In this document: positions 9,760-18,600 of the stretch, in pieces | Layout: each line of letters starts with the position of its first letter | Numbering within the stretch: the first letter of the stretch is position 1 | Origin: Candidatus Falkowbacteria bacterium | GTDB taxonomy: Bacteria; Patescibacteriota; Patescibacteriia; UBA11705; JACRDX01 | Direction of reading: 5' to 3' | Assembly: GCA_043798985.1 (NCBI GenBank) | Contig: JAZDOE010000023.1 | Location: 3,626-67,625 of the forward strand | DNA: 64,000 bases | Position numbers and translations under genes: made by a program | Notes under the pieces: model-generated | Told to the model about the DNA's origin: nothing | Databases searched by the model: none | Seen by the model: only the letters and a program-made list of their open reading frames with translations

Positions 9760-11293
9760 TCGTAGAGACGCAACATGCTGTGCATGTAGAGTAAGAATCG
9801 CGCCAAGCCCAACCGGCTTTGTTCATATTGGCACATTAAGAACCATTTTATATAATTGGTTATTTGCCAAACACTTGAACGGCAAATTTATCATAAGAAT
9901 TGAAGATACTGACCAGACAAGATTTGTGCCGGGCGCGCTGGAAAACCTTTTGCGCGTGATGCAGTGGGCAGATTTTGATTATGACGAAGGTCCATATCTA
10001 ACCGTTGATAACAAAATAAAAGAACGTGGCGATTTTGGCCCATATATTCAATCAAACCGTCTGGAAATTTATCAAAACTATATTCAAGATCTACTTGACA
10101 AAGGCAAAGCATACTATTGCTTTTGTAGCAAAGAACGTTTAGACGAAGTGCGCGAAGAGCAAGCAAAACAAAAACTGGCCCCAAAATACGATGGTCTTTG
10201 CAGAAAGCTCACAAGAAAACAAGCGGAAGAAAGAAAAAAACAAGGCGAAAAATATGTAATCCGTTTTAAAATGCCAGCAAACAAAAAAGTTGTTTGCGAA
10301 GATCTAATTCACGGACAAATTGTTGTGAACAGTAAAGATTTGGATGATTTTGTGTTGATAAAAGCTGACCGTTTTCCGACTTATCATTTTGCCAATATTG
10401 TTGATGATCATTTAATGAAGATTACGCATGTATTGCGTGGGGACGAGTGGATTGCCAGTTTTCCAAGACACATTTTGCTTTATGAAGCTTTTGGCTGGAA
10501 TCCGCCAGAATTTGCGCACTTACCAGTGATTTTAAATAAATCAAAGAAAAAACTAAGCAAAAGGCAAGATTCGGTTTCTGTGCAGGATTTTATTGACAAG
10601 GGCTATTTGCGCGACGCGTTAATTAATTTTATCACATTATTGGGCTGGAATTCTGGCAGTGAGCAAGAACTTTACACACGTTCCGAATTAATCAAACAAT
10701 TTTCATTGGATAATGTGCACAAAGCGCCTGCGGTTTTTGATCAGGACAAATTAGACTGGATAAATGGTGATTACATTAGAAAATTATCCGAAGACCAACT
10801 GCTGGAACTGTGCGCGCCATACTTGGAAAAAAGTGGCTTAATCAAAAAAGACAAAAATAATACTTGGTTAATCACCGAAACAATGGAAAAAGTCTCGGCC
10901 GAATATGTAAAACGCGCCATTGCGATAGAACAAGCGCGAATAAAAACATTGGCAGAAATAACAACAGCCGCGAATTTCTTTTTTCAGGAGCCTAAATACG
11001 ACCCAATGCTTTTAATCTGGAAAAACAACGCAAAAGAAACTATAAAAAACAACTTACAAAAATTTATAATCTTTTTAGACAAAATAAAAATCGCAGACTT
11101 CATGGAAAAAGAAATAGAAGAGCAAACTTTGCATTGGATTAGCAGCCAAGGGCTAAACAATGGGGAAGTGTTGTGGCCAATGCGAGCCGCGTTGTCAGGT
11201 AAAGATAAATCACCAGGGCCGTTCGCAATCGCAGGGATCCTCGGCAAGAAAAAAACAATCCAACGCCTGCAAAAAGCAGTTGAACTGTTATAA
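9740..11293 (+). CDS. gltX: Glutamate--tRNA ligase
   Basis: RIAPSPTG, HIGT, IEDTDQ, KKLSKR motifs. Confidence 0.97.
   Translation: MQKQSNNRRDATCCACRVRIAPSPTGFVHIGTLRTILYNWLFAKHLNGKFIIRIEDTDQTRFVPGALENLLRVMQWADFDYDEGPYLTVDNKIKERGDFGPYIQSNRLEIYQNYIQDLLDKGKAYYCFCSKERLDEVREEQAKQKLAPKYDGLCRKLTRKQAEERKKQGEKYVIRFKMPANKKVVCEDLIHGQIVVNSKDLDDFVLIKADRFPTYHFANIVDDHLMKITHVLRGDEWIASFPRHILLYEAFGWNPPEFAHLPVILNKSKKKLSKRQDSVSVQDFIDKGYLRDALINFITLLGWNSGSEQELYTRSELIKQFSLDNVHKAPAVFDQDKLDWINGDYIRKLSEDQLLELCAPYLEKSGLIKKDKNNTWLITETMEKVSAEYVKRAIAIEQARIKTLAEITTAANFFFQEPKYDPMLLIWKNNAKETIKNNLQKFIIFLDKIKIADFMEKEIEEQTLHWISSQGLNNGEVLWPMRAALSGKDKSPGPFAIAGILGKKKTIQRLQKAVELL
9762..9789. repeat. Degenerate GTAG-type REP inside the gltX 5' end
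   Basis: GTAGAGACGCAACATGCTG..., left arm matches the 28-bp REPs beside RAYT. Confidence 0.7.
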
Positions 11294-11303
11294 ATCAAAA
11301 AAA

Positions 11304-12518
11304 TTACGGTAAATAATCAAGCGGATTTACCGGAATTCCGCTGGATCGCACCTCAAAATGCAGGTGAGGACCAGTGGACAGCCAGCCTGCGCCCAAAGTA
11401 CCGGGCATTCCGCCAGACAAACCAATAATCTCTCCTTTGCTGACAAAATCATCTTCCTCAACAAAAATTTTGCTTACATGCCCATAAACGGTTGAAAGCC
11501 CGTTCGCGTGAATCAAAGCAATATAGCTGTAGCCCATACCAGCATCGCGCGCTTTTATCACATAGCCGTCAGCAGCTGCCTTAATCTGCGTTCCTTGGCT
11601 GGCGCGAATATCAACGGCCGGATGCTCAAAAATATTACGAAATGGATAAGTAGGGTCATGAAAATAGGCCGTTATTTTATTTTGCGTCACAGGCCAAATT
11701 AGATTGCTATCCTTTAACTCTGGCCGCGTTTTTTTCAAATTTTCCATTGCCAGCCGCGCCTCTTTTTCCAACTTATAAATTTCAACGTTTGCCTGATTTT
11801 GCTCTTGCTTGGCCGCCCAATATAAATCATTAAATTTTTGTTCTGACGCCTTTGTTTGTTTTAACAAATACGCCTTATAATTGATCTGCTCATTCAGATA
11901 CGCCTTGTTTTGCGCCAATTCCTCGTTCAACTTTATTAAATTTTGTTTTTTCGCGTCCAACCCGATTTTTTTGTCTTCCAAGTTTTGCTTGAGAATTTTT
12001 AATTGTTCCAATGTGCCGCGAATACTATTTTGCAAATTTTTCAAATACTCAACTTGTTGAAAAAATTCCGCGACAGAATTATATCCAAAAATTATATCAA
12101 CAAGCCCCTCCTGATCCTGCAAAAAAAACTCGCGAATCAAAATACTCAACGTGTCTTTTTTCTTCGCGATTTCATCTCCTTTCAAAACAATCTGGATCTC
12201 CGCATTGCGGATTTCAAGCTTTGTTTCTTGCAGTTCAACTCCGGTTGTTTCAATGTCTATTTTGTTTTTTGCAATCTGATTTTCCAAAATAGAAGTCTGG
12301 TTTTTTAATGTCACCAATTCCTTTTGCTTTTGCGCAATATTTTTTTTATACTGCTCGGCTTTCGCGCTTAAATCTTGAATGTACTGTTTTTTACTTTCAA
12401 TCTGTTTATTGATTTGATCCACTTCTTCTTGCGTTTGCGCGTTTGTAAAAAAAATCGGCAGCATCAGTATGCTGATCGCGCAAAATAGGGAAGTGCATTG
12501 TATTATTTTCTTCAACAT
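11304..12518 (-). CDS. Coiled-coil M23 family peptidase (EnvC/NlpD-like)
   Basis: Signal peptide, long coiled coil, HPAVD, YGH, STGPHLHFEVR. Confidence 0.9.
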   Translation of the reverse strand: MLKKIIQCTSLFCAISILMLPIFFTNAQTQEEVDQINKQIESKKQYIQDLSAKAEQYKKNIAQKQKELVTLKNQTSILENQIAKNKIDIETTGVELQETKLEIRNAEIQIVLKGDEIAKKKDTLSILIREFFLQDQEGLVDIIFGYNSVAEFFQQVEYLKNLQNSIRGTLEQLKILKQNLEDKKIGLDAKKQNLIKLNEELAQNKAYLNEQINYKAYLLKQTKASEQKFNDLYWAAKQEQNQANVEIYKLEKEARLAMENLKKTRPELKDSNLIWPVTQNKITAYFHDPTYPFRNIFEHPAVDIRASQGTQIKAAADGYVIKARDAGMGYSYIALIHANGLSTVYGHVSKIFVEEDDFVSKGEIIGLSGGMPGTLGAGWLSTGPHLHFEVRSSGIPVNPLDYLP

Positions 12519-12558
12519 CAATAAAATTATACCACACAATAGCGCGCGCGCCAAAACG

Positions 12559-12595
12559 AAAACCCCGCCTCGGCCAAATGGCCGGGCGGGGTTTT
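12559..12595. terminator. 37-bp terminator-like hairpin, repeated at 45810-45846
   Basis: AAAACCCCGCCTCGGCCAAATGGCCGGGCGGGGTTTT just past the stop of the giant gene. Confidence 0.8.
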
Positions 12596-12602
12596 CAGTC
12601 TA

Positions 12603-15600
12603 CTATTTAATGTCTAAATAACTCAACGCGCGCACAATTGCCCAATCTTTTGATGTCTTTGGCCATGCTTTATAAACGCTTCTGTATTTTGCCAATCCAA
12701 CTTTTTCCTTATTCAAATCTCTTTCTGTGATGCGCAAACGATAAGTCACCATATGCACAAACTTTTCTTCTGTCGCGTTTGTGAACTTAACAACTCGCTT
12801 AAAGATTTTCTTAAAATCTTTTGCGGCCTGCGTTTCTTTGCTGGCGACCTTTGCTGGTGTCGCATTTTGCGCGATCTTTGCCAAATTCTGCCAATCAGCG
12901 TCTGTCACTGGCAATTTGCCATAAATCTCTTTAAAGTCAGCCAATAATCCGCTGCGGTCTTTTATTGCCAATGCTTTTGTCGCGTCTGAACTGCCGTACG
13001 TCAAGAATGTCACCACTAGCCATTCAGAACTTTTCGCCGGCATTTTCCTCATTATCTTGCCGAATTCGGTAATTGACAAAATCTCTTTTGCCAAACTGCG
13101 GATTGAAGCAATTGGCAAAGTAGGCGCAGCATTGACAATTGTAATAACCGGCGCACCTGCTTTTTCAGTGATTGTAGTAGCTGGCGGCGTTATGGTCGTC
13201 ACTTTTATTGCTGGTTGCGCGAATTTTGCCACTGCTAACCAATCAGCGTCTGTCTTTGGCAATTTATTACTATTGGCTTTCTTAAATTTGACAACTAACG
13301 CGCTACGCTCTGCCATTGTCAGCGCCTTTGTCGCATCAGAACTGCCATACGTAAGAAATGTCACAACCAACCATTCAGCGCTACTTGCTGGCACTTTTTT
13401 CATTATCTTATTAAATTCAACAATAGACGCGGCTTCTTTTGCCAAATCTCGTATTGTTGCTGTTGGCAATGTTGGCGTCGCGTTAACAATCGTTTCCGCT
13501 ATCGGAGTTGTCACTACTGTTTTAGCGGCTTCGTCTGCTACTTTTTTCGTCGCTTCAACAGTCGTTAGTGTTATAAATGTTTTACCAACCCCTGCCCCAA
13601 CGTTTGACGCAGTATCCTTGCTCTTTACTTGATAATGATAAATAGTCGCTGGCAATAATCCTGTCAATTTTACAGAGTGAGAATAAGCATACGCGCCGGT
13701 TTTTTCTTCTTTACCATAACTGGACGTGCTTCCATACAACAACCATGACAATGATGACTCATTGGTTGTCCATGTGATTGTTGCTTCTGTGTCTTTTGCT
13801 GAAACAGCAATATTGCTTATAACTGGCGCGGTTGTATCCAACAAAGCTCCAGCGCCGCCACCTGGACTAGCCGGCGGAGCTGAAATCGTGATTGGAGGAC
13901 TTCCAATTCCAACGGTCGTAAAGTGAGTAATATAACCAGTGATTGTATTAGCGGCCGTGTCAATTACTTGATTGTCAAACGGAACAGGCGCGCCTAATGT
14001 TTCATCAAAATAAACCAATTTCAATGCGCTTTCTGTCGTCACACCAGCAGCTGTCATTTCCGCGTTAGTATAATGAAACACAACTTCCGCGCCATCACCG
14101 CCAAGTTGATTAATATCTCCATCTTCGCTGTCTTTGGCCGTAATATCAACAAGATTACCAACCATTGTGAATGAATCTGTTGTTGGCGCGTCAACCTCCT
14201 CTACAATAACGCTACCCGGATTTGAATCTCTGCCTAAAACAGCAGCTCCAAAATTCATTTCAACGCCAGTATTATCTGAATCATCCACTGTCCCGCCAAC
14301 AGACGGGGTCATTGTAATTGTATCTGCTTTTTTAATATCCGTGGCATCGGCTGTCAATGTCGCGTTCTTGCCTGCCTGATCTGCGCCAGCAACAACTATT
14401 GCTGAACTCATTGTTGTTGGTGCGTGCAGAGAAGCATCTGCTTTAACTGTCCAAGTTCCATCGCTTACTGGCAATGTATATGTTCCGTCTTTTTGTATTG
14501 CTGTTTTCACATATTTGCCATCGCTCGTTGAAGCAAAAACAATACCATTATCCGCTAAAGTTGTTCCATCACTTTTATAAATCGTTCCTGAAATTTCCGC
14601 TGTTTTTGCCTGCAAAGGATTATTCACAGCAACTCCTTCGCCCGTGAGATTAGCATCAAAGTCATAATCAAGATTAGCCGAAACTGTCACTTCTGCTTTA
14701 GCCGGCGTATCATAATCTTGCTGTTCAGCTTTAATCTTATACGTTCCAGCTTTTACGCTTAACGAATAATCTCCGTTACTGTCAGTTGTTGCTCGCTCTG
14801 TCAAACCTGTCGTAGTTTCTGTCACAATAATACCCGCGTTAGCGATCGCACTATTTAAAGCATCCAACACATTACCGCTCACCGTGTATAGCGTTTGTCC
14901 TGACAAATTAATCGTCACAGTTTGATTGCTTGACAAATCAACGTTAGAGGCTGGTGAAAAATCACCCAAACCATCCACAAAAACCAAAATCTTATACGTT
15001 CCAGACGGCAAACTCATTGTTTTATTAGCGCTCAAATCAACAATTGGCATGCCGCGGCGCGCTGTTCCTGTTGTACCTTTTGCTTCAACAAAACCGCGCA
15101 TAGAGCTTGTTCCGCCAGTAAATGCCAAGGTTAATGTTTTTACCTGTGTCGCGTCATAGCTAATATCTGAAGTGACGTTTTGAATTGTGACCGTGGCGCT
15201 TTGTCCGATTTCGCCATAATCTGGCGTCCAAATAGACACACGGTACGTTCCAGCGCCAACTTTAATTGAATACGCGCCGCTTGAATCTGTCATTTCATTT
15301 CTATGATAACCGCCAGACGGCCTGTCGTTTGTTGTGTCCCATGTTTCAACGCCAACCGGAATATTTGCTTGCGCGGTTCCGCCAAGCGTCACTGTGCCAG
15401 AAATTGTATAACAGGTAATTGATGCTGGCTGTATGTTCTGATTATCCTTGCTAGCATCTGTCACGAGCACTGTTTTAGTAATGACTCCGCAAGTATCAAT
15501 TCCAGAAGGCATATCAGCTGTAATTGTCCATGTTCCAGCGCCAACGCCTATAACGTAATTTCCATCTGTATCTGTGCTGGTATGCACCATCTGATAACTT

Positions 15601-18600
15601 GTGGCCTCTTTTGCCTGCACATGAGCATATTGCAACGCGCTTCCAGAACTATTGCTGATCTTACCAGAAATTGTATAATCTGGCCTGCCAATCCGCACAA
15701 TCAACGGCGCGGCAGTTGTCACCAAAGCGTTGTTAGCGCTGATATCAGCTGTACTATTATTATCTACTGTTCCCGCGTTATTATTTGCCACTGAAACAGT
15801 GCGCGAAGGAGCTTCTCCATAACCAGGCTTAAATACTCCTAAATCATAAACACCATTCATTGATATTTTTAAGACAAAGCTACCATCTGCTTTTGATTGA
15901 GTATGAGAGCCAGCTCCGCCAAAGCCCATTGGCTGATTTGCAAAAACTTCAGCGTTTGCCATTACATTATAAACCTTTGCGCCGGTTGAAAACCCTTGGC
16001 TGATTCCGGCCAGCAAAGTGACTGTTGTGCCGCTCATGCTTGATATTTTACCAGTGGCAGTATTTGTCCCATCATATAAAACAATGGTATCATTCGCCAA
16101 AAATCCACCTGCGCTTGTCAAGGATAGGGTAGTGGCATTTGCTGTATAATTAGCTGACAATGTTGTTTGCGCGCTTACCACGCGGCCAAGAATTTGTTTG
16201 TTGGCAGTATTAATAGTAAAACTCAATTCTGTAATCACGGCGCCAGTATCCATGCGTTTTATTACTGGCGTTCCACCAACTCCTGACACTTCAATATTTA
16301 CGCTCATCGGCGGCATCCAATCAGGCATTTGCGGTGGTCCCATTTTGGGACCCTTTGGCATAGCTGGATAAACACCTATCATATAACTACCATTGGCTGG
16401 CAAATAAAGCGTTGTGCTATTGTTAGTCACCGCGCCTGTTAATGTTTTGGTTTCTACGTTATATCCCGCTGGACCGCCAGCAGAAATATCAACATCTTCT
16501 CCGCTTGCGCTAAATGTTCCTGACACCTTAACATTCAAACTTGTTGAATTGCCAGCTCCATATTTTACAAATGTCAAAGCCTTAGTCAACGTGCTAGTTC
16601 CAGCGTTCCAATTTGCGCCAGATCCCGGTAAACACAATGGTTCAGGATTCATTTGCCCGCTATATTTGTTGTTCGCCCCCAATGTGATTGTTGGTTCAGT
16701 GAACAAATTGTAGCAACCATTTGGAAGATTAGACCAAGTCTGCGCGCCCGTTCCATTGGTAATTGTGACAGTAGCGTCCTGCGGGCCTGACATTGGCGAA
16801 CCCATCATTAAACTAAACGTACCATTACCCTCTGCGGCAGTAATATTCGCTGTAATGTTATTTGTACCAGCCGCAGCAGTGAAAAATGGCATTGATGTCT
16901 TAGATTCAACCAATGTCCCTGCCGCTTTATAAGACTTCATGTCAATGCTATATCCTTCTGTATTGAAATCTTTGGGAATCTTTGAATTAATTATTCCTTT
17001 AATTTCCAAGTGCAAGAAATCTGGGTCTCCGGTATTGCCAGCAACGCCGCCATCAAGAACGCTTAAATACAATGTGACAGTTTGGCCAGACACAGTGACA
17101 CCGTCATTTGCCGCGCCGCCCTTGGTCGCGGCGCTTGAGCCATCATCAGTCACCCCGCTTGTTTTTAACGCAACGGTGCTTGGACCCATCATGTTTAAAT
17201 CATTTTTATTAGGATTATATGGGTCAGGAATAACGCTTGAAATATCAAAACCTTGCGGAAAAGTAATTTTAATTGTCGCGCCATTATCTAAACGATTTGA
17301 AGTGCCGCCAGATGGAGCAATAGGGAAGTCAATAATGTATGTTGTCGTCGCGCCTGCCATTGAGTTCATCGGAAACACACCAGCTGCCATACCGCTTCCC
17401 TTGTCCATTGCCGTAAAACCGCCAAATCCAGTAGGTCCTGTCATCGTTGCTCCGCCAGCCATTGGCGCGCCCATCATGCCACCGCCGCCAGGACCGACAA
17501 ATCCTTGAGTTTTAGCGCTGCTCAAAACATTCCCGCTCGCTGTATCAACATCAGTATCCATCGGATTGCTTGATAGATCCTTAACATTGGCAACCACAAA
17601 GTTATATTTACCGCTTAGCGCAAGCCCTGAAATTTTAACGGTATTTACTTTATTATCCCAAGTAAAACTCGCGGCATTTGGAATTATATATGGAGTCGTA
17701 CCTTCCGCACCTTGCGTGATAGAATAATTTGCAGGATTTATCACGCTACTTGTCCAACGATTAGTATCAGTGGCGCTCGCCGCGTTCATTGCTTTATTAA
17801 AAGTAATCGCGCAGCTGTAATCATCGCAATTTGAAAATTCAACTCGCGGCTTATTAGTATCAACGGTGGTTGACATCGTAAATGTGCGCGTGGTGGTGAG
17901 GAAATCATTGCCAGCCAAATCATTGATGCCAGTTGCGCCGCCAATCAGTTGCACCGTGTAAGTAGCGCCTGCCATTAATCCAACTGTTGGATAAATGCGA
18001 ATGCTTTTTGCCATAGGATCAAATTCAACGGTGCTTGGAACATTGGTAGCGCCGGACATCAATTTGACCGTTGAACTATTAACAGTGGTGATGACCTCAT
18101 CCAAACCAATGTCTATAAAACCAATATTGCTGACATTTGTCGCGGCATTGTCTGGCCAGCTGCCAGTGATAGCTGGCGCAGAGCTGTCAGTACCAGTTCC
18201 TGTATCAAAATCTGAAACAAAGAATGCGGCGCTAGGATCATTCGGATTTCCAATTGTAATACCAGCGCTTGAACGCGCGGCATTCTTGACTTTTATACGA
18301 TAGTGAGTACTCGCGACTAAACCACCGGACACGACATCCATTGTCACTTGTTCTTTATCAGAGCTTAATGAAACACTGTCAATCAATGTTTGTGTCACAT
18401 TTGTCTCAACATTATTCGTCACGCTATATAATTCAAATGTTCCGCGATTAACAGAGCTGGAATCCATGCCCTCGCTAAAAGAAAGCACAATGTCGCTATT
18501 CTTTGAAATATTCCACGCGCCAGGCGCAGGGATAGCTCCAAGAATGTATGGCGGATTAATTGAGCCGCCAGTCCAGTTGCCAGTAGCTGTGTTATAGTTG

